A DNA stretch of 64,000 bases, from assembly GCA_044892525.1 (NCBI GenBank), contig CM097885.1:15502001-15566000 (forward strand). Direction: 5' to 3'. The DNA comes from Schmidtea polychroa. Its lineage: Eukaryota. Position numbers and translations under genes: made by a program. The notes under the pieces are model-generated. The model saw only the letters and a list, made by a program, of their open reading frames with translations, searched no databases and was not told the origin of the DNA. This document shows, in pieces, positions 28,621 through 40,409 of the stretch (positions within the stretch are counted from its first letter, which is position 1; every line of letters begins with the position of its first letter).

Positions 28621-29077
28621 AATTTAGCTTCATCTATTTTCAAAATGCTTTTTGATCTTATCTTTTATTTCCTTTTTCTTACTTCTCATTGGTTAAAAAT
28701 AAAAATAAACTTTTTTTCTGAAGAATTTAAAATTGTTTCTCATAATTAAATATGAAAATGAAACACAAAGAAAAATTTAAAAATTTTTAAAGCTTCTATA
28801 ATTAGCTCAAAAAACATTTAAAATATTTTTAAAATATTTCTAAAATATAATTTCCAATAACTATTTATATACGCTATTTAAATATTTAAAAAATATGTTT
28901 CTATTTTAATTTTTAACCCTAATGATCTGTTAAAAGTATATTCTGTCTATTTTTCTATATTATTTTAAATTATTAGTTCAAAAAAAACAAATCAAACTGA
29001 TGATTTCATTGATCTCTTCTTTAGTGTTGATTGTTGGCCGTTGCTTCCTTAAATCTAACATATCGATATCTAAAAAT

Positions 29078-29930
29078 ATGTGGTGTGTCCAAAAAGTGCC
29101 TGTAATACTCTTTAACAATTGATATTACTTTAACAATATTCTACAGAATCATAATATATTATCTTTGATTAGAAAAATATAATTTATTTTAATATTCATC
29201 TTCATGGGAGCTTGGGAGAACACATTTTCAGTTTATTTGTCAAATTATGCTACCTATCTAGTATCGAATTGTGATTAAATTCTTTGTTTTGTGTGGTAAT
29301 AACAGTCAGGAAATATGGAATCAGTTTTCAGACAACTTGTGGCAATATATACCCCTCTCGTATCACAATCTATTAATTGAATTTGCTAGTTTAAACATAG
29401 TTGTCAGCCATTGTTTGATGATGCGAAAGTTTGTATTTCTAATGAAATTTTCTACCAAAATAGAGAAGATTATTTGAAAATTTTAACGGAAGAACGCCTA
29501 ATTATTATCGAAGATTTCTCGCATCTATGAGTACGAGGGGTGTGCGTGCCATCCTGAATGAATCTGGCGTAAGAAAATTGGCATCCAGATTTGTCCCACG
29601 TTTTCTTTCCTCTGAGATATGTATATGATGAACGTGATCACCATTTCCTCATAAATATTATCAATGTGGATAAAACCTTTTTATATTTGTATGTTCCTGA
29701 GAAAAAGCTTAAGTTCGGTGAATGGAAATTCCTTGGAGAAATGAGTTCCCAAAATATGAGATTTTGAACATATCATTGAAAATCGTTGACATTGACAATC
29801 TTTTGGGATCAAAGGGGCAAAATCTGTGTGGATTTCGCTGAAAAAAGGTCTGCAAATTCTCTCCACTGACCACGGCAACCTCGTGGATACATGCATACGT
29901 AATCGCCGAAAACCTCCTTCTATGACTTTA
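29078..29930 (+). mobile_element. Mariner relic
   Basis: TIR-like TA-TGTGGTGTGTCCAAAAAGT; peptide GVRKLASRFVPRFL (WVPxxL motif) and a YVPE-like motif. Confidence 0.7.
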
Positions 29931-29981
29931 TTTATTAATGAAAATTTTAAAGTTTACAATAACATTTATTTTAGTATAAAT

Positions 29982-30148
29982 TGATGATTACTTGATAGCA
30001 CCATTAATTAAATTTTAAAACAACTAAATGATAATTTAAGCCTTTTGTTACGAAAAATATTTTTAAAACAATTATTATTTTTAATACAATATGTATTAAA
30101 TATATTATTCGCAGCAAAGGGTTTAAGTTATCATTTAATTTTTTTAAC
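29982..30148. mobile_element. Fold-back copy of PLE-terminal repeat family B
   Basis: AAATGATAATTTAAGCCTTTTG followed by its inverse CGCAGCAAAGGGTTTAAGTTATCATTT. Confidence 0.7.
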
Positions 30149-30388
30149 ATTTATTTTAATCGACAACATGAGATTTGTATTCCAAAATTATTAGGAAATC
30201 TACTTTTCTCTATCGAATGATACATAATTTATTTAATTTTTACTTGTATTAATTTTAAAAATTTTATTGTTTTTATTATTAAAAACCTATTTTAATTAAC
30301 TATAATTAAATTAATTAATTAAGTTGTTTTGAATTTTTGTTTAAAAATATTTAATAAATATAATAAAATTTGACTCATCATTTAGCTT

Positions 30389-31038
30389 TGTTGGGTTATT
30401 GAGTTGGTGACAATGTTTGTAAATTCAAACTTTTACTATGACGCCAAAGCGTGTTTATTAATTCACAATTCAATACTCTCGAACACGGGATTGTAAAAAA
30501 ATTGCAATTACAACTAATTAACTATTAACCAATTTATCACACAAAGCTTATTTCGACACTACGTGAAGAATAGTCCTTTCTGTAACCACAACAATAATCC
30601 CTAGCTGTCAACTACTCAATTACAATGTACGTTGATCGATTGTTCTATTTGCTTTGACAACCAATTTATTTACTCCACTTCCACTTTATATTCAATTTTA
30701 CAAAAGATTCTCGTTTCACTTTGTTCTGAACTCTGTTTAATTCTCCCATTAAATGTTCCTTTAAATTCTCCCTTTGATTATCTTTTTAACTCTCAAAATT
30801 TAATTCTCCTTTTAAATCTCGTTTTCTTCTCTTGTTGTTACGGTTCAAATTTCGTTCTACTTTTGTTCTGATTTCTCGGTCAACTGTTCCGCTTCATATA
30901 GTCTGTTTCATTTGTGGCACTGGCAACAGATTCTGTTTGTTTTCTTTTATTTGATTTATGTTTCTCATTTGTCATTTCTTTTTACTTCCGTTTCTTTTCT
31001 GAATTTCCCATATATCGTCATATCGTTTGTCATGACGA
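30389..31038 (-). mobile_element. Probable solo LTR
   Basis: Minus strand ends AATAAACACGCTTTGGCGTCATAGTAAAAGTTT...CCCAACA; this motif is shared with about 47620-47650. Confidence 0.55.
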
Positions 31039-31225
31039 TCTTCCCCCAAGTAATTTATTTATCTATTATATTTATCATTTAGGTATCCTCAACAGCTTCA
31101 AATAGTTAAAAAAATATGTTTAAGATGATGTTAATTTTAATAATTATTTTTCCAGGGATTGCGGATCTAGTTATTAAATAAAATAAGAAAATAATAAAAA
31201 TTTATATTTTATCACAGATTCGATA

Positions 31226-32429
31226 TTAATGAAAGTGGAGGTTGAACTGATTCATAATAGTATTCATGGATATGAGGAGTACCAATGCAACTGACCAAAT
31301 CAGTATTAGGATAGACCAAAACTTGTGTTTAAATGGAGATTGATGGGGTTGAATGAGTTGATCATCAGATATATTTATATGTTTGGAAATATATTCTTTG
31401 GATTCTTTTATGAAGGATTCTAAATCCTTTCGAGCATAATGGACTAAACAGATTGGAATCACATACTGAATAGCAATTGTAGCATAAGGTTCAGTATATC
31501 CAACTAAATATGTGATCTTATTTGGAAAGAATGCTGCTATTATTGGCGGTAAAACGGCTATCAGAGGATAAAATATTTCATTCAAAAACCAAATGTCTTT
31601 TATTTTTCCATTTCTCACTGTGAAAAGGCTTCGCAAATTGTTTCTCATTGTAATTCCTAGAATGGGAAAACTTGCACAGGCAGCGAAAACTGGAAATAGC
31701 GATAGAAAATATTGAAAAAATGCGATATTTGTAACTGAAGTTTGATGGAGGTTGAACCCTGTCTGGAAATTTAAACTTATGACAGACCCAACATTTTCAA
31801 AGGCAAAGCTTGAAATTATCGACAAGGCAAGATAAATAACAAGAATTATGATGAAATTGAATGAAAAAATGGCATAAATGTTGTTTTTTCTTTTATATGA
31901 AGTGACGATAGACGGCAAAGAGTGCTGACACATGAAGGCATGGACAAATATCACTAGGTAATTTGTGGACTGATAAAAGTCTGCTACTTTTATTGCTCGG
32001 TTTCTGTTACCAGCAATCAGAAAAAGTGCTATTAAACCAAAAATTGTCCCAAAAGCAAACAATTTCATTACCAAAGAAGTGAATTGAATGAATTTAGTCT
32101 TTGTAATTCCCAAAAACACAAAAGAACAAGAAATAGCAAAAAAACTTGTCTAAAAAAATAAATTAAATGAGACATTAAAGTGAAATAAAATTTGCCAAAA
32201 GAATCCGATATCCATTACTTCGAGTAATACCTGAATTTAGCCAGCAAAGGTCTGAATCTTGTAGAGCTCCGAGAATGAAAGTTTCAGTAGTGGAGTTAAT
32301 TTGTTTTTTATCCAATCGAAATGTACTAATATATTGAAAAAAACATTAAGATCAAAAGCATACGGATTATGAACAAGAGAAAACTATTTATTTACGTAAA
32401 TTCACTGGTATGTATGACTAACGAGATCA

Positions 32430-32501
<72 letters not shown>

Positions 32502-33084
32502 TATTATAATAATAGTTGTTTCGACCAGTCAGAGGGGAAATTACATTTACCTCTGACTGGCAGTTTGTTTGGTGTTTTTTGTATCGCGTCTGTGCGCGCG
32601 GTATGATTAGACCGAATCTTGTTAGTGTGCGCACACAGACGCGAGAAGTAGGTTTTGGTTGTTGAATTGTAATTTTACATTGTTTTTTAGATTTTATTGG
32701 TATTCTGGAATTGATCTTTAATTTTGGTGGAATTGAATTTAATTCTAGTGATTAACGGAATTCTAAGTTTTGTTTGGTTAAATGAATTGATTTGAATTCG
32801 ATTGGATTTTTTGTATTCTGAAATTAAATATGGAAAATGAAAATGTTATTGAATCATCTGGTGAATATTATGATCCTTCTATTGGCCCAAGTATCGACAG
32901 AATAATGGCTGCAAAAGATAGTGCTATATATGATGCTGGAGATTCGTTTAAAGTTACAAGTCAAACCATAGATCTTTGGATAATTTTTGTTCATCGTTTC
33001 ATGTCAAAGAATAATAAAGCAGAATATGGAACTGCCGAAAAGAAGGAATATGATATTCTATTTAATAGAGCTCTTAAAAAGATC

Positions 33085-33130
<46 letters not shown>

Positions 33131-36100
33131 GTAATAATAATAATAAAAATAATAATAACAATAATAATATTTTAAACAATTAAATATTTATTTAGGCCTT
33201 TTGCTGCAAAAAATATATATTATAAGAACTTTTATTTCTTCCAATTTCACCACTGATTATTTTTTCCATTGAATTTATTGAGAAGAGAGTTTGAAGACTA
33301 TAAATCAGTAATATATCGATATTTGTTGATACTCACGAATTTTCGGCACTGCCTTTTTCAAGTGAATTTGATCATTATTACATTCAATAATTATTGTTGG
33401 GAAATTTTTATTTTAATTACCCAAATAATATTTCCTATATTTTAATTTTTATAATTTAATTTAATTTTTAAACTTTTAATATTTTATTTTATAAAAAAAA
33501 CGTTTATATATTTTATATATTTTTTTAATTTTAAATTTTAAATCTAATTAAATATTAATTTAAATATAAATTTAGTTGAATGTTGATGGACGGTTTAAGC
33601 TTTTTAATATAAAGAGTCTCCACGGCTAATCTTAACAATGAATTTTTGAACGCATCTTGTAACATTTTGCATTTTGTTTCGTGTAAGAGTGGTGCTGATT
33701 TGTGCATTTTTTTCCAGTGTTCGTGATGATAGCTGCTTTTGCTCTTGACGTGTTCGTTGAGTCTTGTTTGGAACGTTCTATGTGTTTTGCTCATGTACAA
33801 TGCGTCACATCTTGTGCAGGTAATTTGGTAAACAATGCTCTTTGATAAACAGAAACATTTGGTGGAGGATTGGCATATAAAATCTCGATGAAATAGATCT
33901 GATGTTAGAGATTTCTGAGAATTACGATTTCAAAGTTGCAGAAGTTGTAAAAATTGGGCGAATATGAACTGGCAACTCCATATTGCGAATATAAGCTCTG
34001 ATTGTATTACATGTCATATTTTTTAAAAAAGGGAAGCGTAGGTATATTACTCGCTTATTGACATGTTCCTTTTGTGTATAATGCCTATTAGAGTATTATT
34101 CACTCAAAAAGTATTTTTTCTACGAACTCCTTTGGGTATTCATTTTGTAAAAACCGTCCGAACAGTTCCGTATTGCTCTTTTTCTCTCTCTTACTAATAG
34201 AGCGATTTTTCGTTGGAGTGGAAAGTGACTTTCCCAAGGAAGAATGTGTCCAATTTGTAGACTTTTAGTGAATAAATCTGTCTTGAATGTGAGTGTGTTT
34301 GGACCTTCAGAAGGACTTATCATGGTATCTAAGAAAGAAATTTTGCCTTCTGGGTCAGGTAGTTTAAGAGTGAATTGTATATTAGTGCTAGTGGAGTTTG
34401 CATGTGCCAAGATTATATTGAGAAATACCGTGGAGACTATGAAAATGTCATTAATGTATCTTTTCCACATCAGGATTTTATCTCCAAAAATTAATCTAAT
34501 ATTAGATTCTATATAATGCATGTAGAAAATGGCTAAAATCGGCGAAAGGTTGTTACCCATAGCTAGACCATGAATTTGTTTGAAAGGTTTTCCTTTAATT
34601 AATACAGTATCTGAGTTTATAGCTAGTTTGACAATTTCTATGAAATCTTGTTCAGATAAGTCGGCAAAAACAGTTTCTGGTTTGAAGGTTTCGAAGAAAG
34701 AAGATGCAACTGTGAAGACGTTGTTCTCTCCAGTGAGAGGGATGGATCCATAAAGATTTGAAACATCAAGAGATCCCCAAAAGTATTGTTACTCTAATGA
34801 TGTTGAAAGAGATAGGTTTGTAATTTCTGCAACAAATTGGTTTGTGTTTTTAAGATGACAGGGGATAAAATTTATTAGATTTTTAAGGATTTCAGCAAGA
34901 ATCCTTGAAAGAGTTGTGAATGGCGTGTCAACAACACATACAAGAGGTCTACCATTTATAGGATCTTTGTTATCTTTGAGCAATATTGTCATGGTACTAT
35001 GTAAAGGTTCACTGCAATTGCATTTTGTAAGTAAATTTCTGATTTCAAGGTTATTCTGTTTGTTAGCAATGACAGCAAGTTTCTTATTAAATGCGATCTG
35101 CGAGGAGGATGGTAAGATCATTTTGTTTATTGCGGTATAATTGGGGAGATGTTCGTTGAAGAGTGATTCATAACGATCTAAGTTAAGCACCATAAGTCAT
35201 TTTGTCTTATCGGAAGGCAGAATTGTTAAATCTTTAAGGTTTATAAGTGTTTGTATATTACGAGTGAGAGATTTTTGTGTCGAGAGTTGCTCTTTCATGA
35301 GATAAGCCTGTTTCTTGACAATTTTCCTAATGTCATTTTCCATACTGATAATGTTCTCATCAATGTCATTTGGAAGGTCCGGCATGTTGCCGTATGTTCT
35401 ACGATTTGGATTGAGAAGATGATTATATTTTTCAGCGATGTTAGAAGATTCTGAATGAGATTCGGTTATTGATTTTTTTGTTTTTAGATGTAATCCAACT
35501 TGTCTTCTTAGACTTTCAAAAGTAGCATTAGTTATAATTTCAGTTTTGTTAATATCTTTCAGGTTTGGTGTTGGCACGAAAGTTGGTCCCTTACTAAGAA
35601 GATTTTCTTGTGCTTTGGTGAAAATGTAGTCGGATTTGTTTATAAAAGGTTGTGTTGTTTCTAAGACCTTGGTGTTGTTAGATGTTTTTTGAATAAGCTT
35701 ATTTAATCATATGATTTATGTGCCCGAGCAACGCCGGGAAGCCCAACTAGTCACGCTATGAATAAGCAATTTATGATGACTGAATTAATGACATTGATTT
35801 GTTTTGACTTTATCTCATATAAGCATCAATTTATTATAGAGTTATTCAGTAAAATATAATGGAATATGAAATTTCTGTATACAAGGAATATAAATACGAG
35901 GAGAAACCGGGTAGTAAAAAATAAATAAATATTAATAATTTGTTTTACTTCACTCATTGTAACAGATTAACATTTAGCTTTTTAATAAATAATAATTTTT
36001 TATTTTTATGTTAGTGAAAACCGGTTCAGTAGAATATAGTAAACAATAATGTAAAGATCGGAAAATTTTTAAGCGAAGTTTTGAGAATTAATATTTTGTC

Positions 36101-38762
36101 ATTTGTTTTTAATTATTATTAATAACTGAAAATAGACTTTTCCATTTGTTTAATATTTTCTAATTATTTTCTTTATTTTTATTTTTTTATATTTTTATTT
36201 TTATATTTCCAAAAATTTCCAAAAATTTCCTAATTAAATAATATTTAAATAAGTTACATAATACACATTATTTGTTGATTTTCCAACAATTTTCCATTGT
36301 TAATAAAAACGTATGAGAAAAAATTTAAATATTGCTTAATTACTAATGAAACTCCAAAATTTATTTATTAAATTTATATTTTAACTAATTATTTTAAATT
36401 GATCATTTTTTATATTAATGTCCAAGATTTTTATAATTATGAAAAGTTAAAAAATAAACGAAAACCAGAAAAATTAAACAAATTTAAATTAAATTAAAAT
36501 GAATTTGATTGGGCAATTTAACTAAACATACCACGCAACGTTTCTCAGCGTTTGGGCAACGGATACCGCGGAAATAGCAAGATGTCCATAGAGGTAAATA
36601 CTCAGGGACAAGTAGAACAAAACCAAACCAAAGCGATTGAAAAACCGTATTGCCATTTGTCCCTACAAAATTAAAATACAAAAATTAATGAATTATTTGA
36701 TACATGTCAATGAATTTTAATTAAAATTTTTGAATGGGGTCAGCGTCGGAGAAAAATTAGGATTTAAAACGGTGGCTTTCAAAATGTGGACTGCGAGATC
36801 GATTGAGGATATGGAAGATTTAGGAAACCTGGGCAAGTTTGCATTTTAGAATTACATATCTTTATGAAGTCTTATAACAATGAAAGACAGATCAAAACAA
36901 AATTTACGATGTATTCCAGAAATAAAATCAAGGCATGATTTGAGTTACTGCAAGAAAACCTTTTCCAGCCCCTTTAAAATCACTCATTAAAATTTTTTGA
37001 TTTTTACTTGATTAATATATAATATAACTTCCTTGATTCCTTCATGTCCTTTTATTAGAAAACTCAAAGAAAATATATTTTAAAATTTGAGATCACAGAT
37101 AAAATAGCCTAGGAACTTACTGATACAAAGGGTTTATTAACATTGAAGTAACATAAAAATAAAAATTATTCATCAAACATGTTTTCAAGAATAGATGTTT
37201 CCTAAGGTTGAGGCCTTCATTAAATATGGAAAATATATAAAAATGAAACGAAAAATGTTTTTGGTCTTTTTCAGTAAGTATAAACATTGTATATGTTTAT
37301 TAAAAAGAGAGTTTTAAAACTATAAATCAGAAATATATCGATGTTTGTTGATACTCACGTATTTTCGGCAGTGCCCTTTTCTTATTGAATCATCTTATAA
37401 AAAAATTAATTGAGGTTCTTGATGATATGTATCTTAAATGCAGATTTAAAGGTAAAATGTCATTTTATTCGTGGAACACTGGAAACGGAATCGCGGAACA
37501 CGGGTTGAGAACCACTGGTTCAACTAGTTATTTCATAGAATAACGATCTGCAGCCCGTTAAAGTGTAAAATTATCTAAAAAAAGTTCATTTCGAATTCAA
37601 ATAAAAATTTATGAACTGCATTTATGAACTATTCCAGGCCATATGGAGAGAATTTGTGTTTTTTATTTTAGAAAAAATGTTCTTTGTAATTCTAAGTGTC
37701 ATTTTAGTAATCCTAGTTGTAACCAATGATTTTATGGTACGCTTCCATTTGAACGCTACATTAATTAAATAAATTGCTTCTTTTTCATTTTAATTGTCTA
37801 GCATTAGTTAATTTATAGAATACCTAGTTATTTCATTGAATAACTAGTTAAAGTGTCAAATTATTAACATATTACACAATTTAACAGACACGATAAGTAA
37901 TTTCACGGAATAACTAGGTATTCTATGACATAACTGCATTATATACTTTAACGGTAACATATATACTTAATGAAAAGACCAAAAAGTCACAACCATACAA
38001 TATGATCATATATTAAGTACAAAGGCAAAACCCCATTAAAAGGCCATATTATGACCTTCAATTTATTAAATCATTAGAATATAAAAAGAAATTTAATTTA
38101 ATATTTCATTTATAATTTATTAGTAAAATATATTTTTCTAAATAATAATTTGATAAATTTGATATTATGTAAATATACGTTACTGACAAATTATAAGTAA
38201 AATATTAAATAATCTTTCTATTTATAATTAATATTTTTTTCAGTTTCATCACAGGATATAAAGATGAAAGTTTGTTTGTTTGTTACCCATAGAATTCCCC
38301 GCCGTTGGATCTAGGATGCTGAAATTGTGACCATCATTTGACTCGGAACAGGTCATAAGCAATGTTTCAACCCCAGACAACCACCCCTTAGGTACCTTAA
38401 CCCTAGCCAATTATAGGCAATGCGTGACGTTAAACAAACAACAAATTAAAAATATTTACCATTTCAAAGACATTGGTAATTTCGAAATACAATTCATCAT
38501 TTCTACTATCCTTTTCTTCGGTAATGGAGATCTCTTCAAACTGACCATCAAGGTCCAGCAATTCCTGAGGGGGTGCAGCATAATTCGGTACATCATCTAT
38601 TATAATAGAAAGCGATTCAATTAATAAAAATATATTTACCTATTTCTATAGCATAGTTATAGTGGACTATTTCTGGCATTGTGACTAATTCTATGTTAAA
38701 ATTCAATTCTTTGAGTTCCAGTTTTAATAGATCCTGGAGATAAATAAAAAAACAAAATATCA

Positions 38763-38817
<55 letters not shown>

Positions 38818-39031
38818 GTATTAGTATCAAATGATGATTGCTTGGTAGCAGCATTTATTATTTAAAACAATAAAATGAATATTTAAGCCTTTTGCTGCAA
38901 ATAATGTATTTAATGAAAGAATTTTCGACTATACGATAGTCCTTGTCAAGGACTATCGTATAGTCGAAAATTCTTTCATTAAATACATTATTTGCAGCAA
39001 AAGGCTTAAATATTCATTTTATTGTTTTTTA

Positions 39032-39104
<73 letters not shown>

Positions 39105-39118
39105 ATTATTATTATTAA

Positions 39119-39170
<52 letters not shown>

Positions 39171-39199
39171 TCTATTATTATTATTATTATTATTATTAA

Positions 39200-39280
<81 letters not shown>

Positions 39281-39892
39281 CATTATTATTATTACTATTA
39301 TATAACAGTCTCATATTATATTTTAAACAATTTAAATATTATTTGGAATATTTTATAAAATACAATAATATGAGTTATTTCATTTTATTCATATTTGTTT
39401 GTGTGCTAAATTTTATCTTTTTACAAAAATATTTTCTCAATAATAAACTATTGTTTAGAAAATATTTTCATGTAGTAATATGAAAGCGAAACAATTTTTT
39501 ATTTCTCTTTCATTCTGTAACAATAAAGTGAATTTCGACCAAATTATATTAATTATTAATTAAAATTACTTTTTTCAATTTATTTAATTTCTTCATTCCA
39601 TTTGCTATACTCATGGCCTCGATAATGTAAGTTGATGTGATAAAGCTGTATTTATCTTATTAAATTAGCATTCATTTAAACAAACTACCTGATGAGACAT
39701 AAAATGGACAAAATCATTGTACTAAGTACTAGTCCAGCTTGCTGGAATGCTTTAGGCAATGCCAAAGCTCTAGAGCCAACGATGAGATTGAATACAAAGA
39801 TGCATCCGGTCTGTAACAGAAAGAAAACTCTTCATAAAACCAAAAATAAATGATGCGTAACAAACCCATCTGGAATAAGTGGCTGTCGGCAT
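31226..39892 (-). CDS. TMEM104: TMEM104 / amino-acid-transporter-like protein, about 8 exons
   Basis: Exons ~39866-39892 (MPTATYSRW), 39689-39810 (FVFNLIVGSRALALPKAF), ~39571-39645 (TYIIEAMSIAN), 38640-38733, 38460-38596 (FEITNVFEMG), 36532-36661 (QMAIRFF...IYLYGHLAI), 32196-32325, 31226-32149 (KTKFIQ, FMCQHSLPSIV, FLSLFPVF, FPILGITMRNNL, HQSPFKH). Confidence 0.92.
32515..33084 (+). mobile_element. Unclassified element between (AAT)n tracts: two-hairpin leader plus short ORF (MENENVIESS...)
   Basis: Hairpins at 32525-32560 and 32584-32644; the leader is homologous to 48264-48460; (AAT)n at 32430-32514 and 33085-33168. Confidence 0.6.
33170..35700 (-). mobile_element. Penelope-like retroelement with 3' terminal repeat (family A), in a TMEM104 intron
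   Basis: RT motifs (LSKGPTFVP, ILPSDKT, GLAMGNNLSP, RYINDIF, SFLD) and GIY-YIG (IVYQITC..C...RTFQTRLNEH; ETLYIKKLKPSIN), with stops and frameshifts; ends against (AAT)n. Confidence 0.92.
33331..33367 (-). ncRNA. Variant hammerhead-like fold in the PLE terminal repeat (family A)
   Basis: AUUCAC-UUGAAAAA-GGC AGU GCC-GAA-AAUU-C-GUGAGU: stem I, stem II and a palindromic stem III are present, but the core differs from CUGANGA. Confidence 0.65.
35720..35750 (+). mobile_element. Helitron 3' terminus
   Basis: Hairpin CCCGAGCAACGCCGGG followed shortly by CTAG|T. Confidence 0.7.
37296..37517. mobile_element. Family A repeat fragment abutting the 3' half of the Charlie-like MITE
   Basis: Matches 33280-33360, then 14160-14273. 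Confidence 0.75.
38256..38400 (+). mobile_element. Possible 5' fragment of a non-autonomous Helitron
   Basis: ATATAAAGATGAAA followed by (GTTT)n and a later TGAAATT motif. Confidence 0.4.
38864..39028. repeat. Perfect 165-bp palindrome (82-bp arms, 1-nt centre) of family B, embedded in (ATT)n
   Basis: Arms read as exact reverse complements about T38946; (ATT)n at 38764-38817 and 39032-39300. Confidence 0.95.
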
Positions 39893-40409
39893 TTCAATTT
39901 ATTTTTATTTCGAATATTAATCTAGTCTAAAAAATAAATTTTTGTAAAGTCTTCATTAATAAAATCCTGCTGATTTATATGAACTTTCTCCGTTAAATTT
40001 GATGATTTAAACAAAACGGGTAATATAATGATTTAATAAAATTAATTATCTTTTAATAAATAATATGCAATAATTTGATTAAATAAAATTAGTTCTCTAT
40101 TTCTATATATTTTCAATATATAATATTATTTATGAAATTACATAAGTGTTAATTTATTAAATTAAATGGAAGTAAAAAAATATTTTCTATTTTAAATTAA
40201 TTTTAAAATATTAAAAAAAAAGAAATCGAAAATTGTTAATCTGTTGTTGAGAAAATAAAATATTTTAGTGATAAATAAAATAGAATAATTAATAAAATAA
40301 AATAAGAAAAAATAAATCCTTCATTATTTTCGATATTTTTATTTTTTCGATATATTAATTAATAATAAAAATAATTTTTTTCAGTTTATAAAAATATATT
40401 TAATTATTG

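Noticed and set aside
37520..37940. Recurrent CTAGTTATTTCA...GAATAACTAG palindromic motifs
   Set aside because: Probably a decayed MITE; no termini or TSD could be defined.
39685..39720. CTGATGA hammerhead-like core
   Set aside because: It is the antisense of a TMEM104 exon end; no stem II or GAAA follows.
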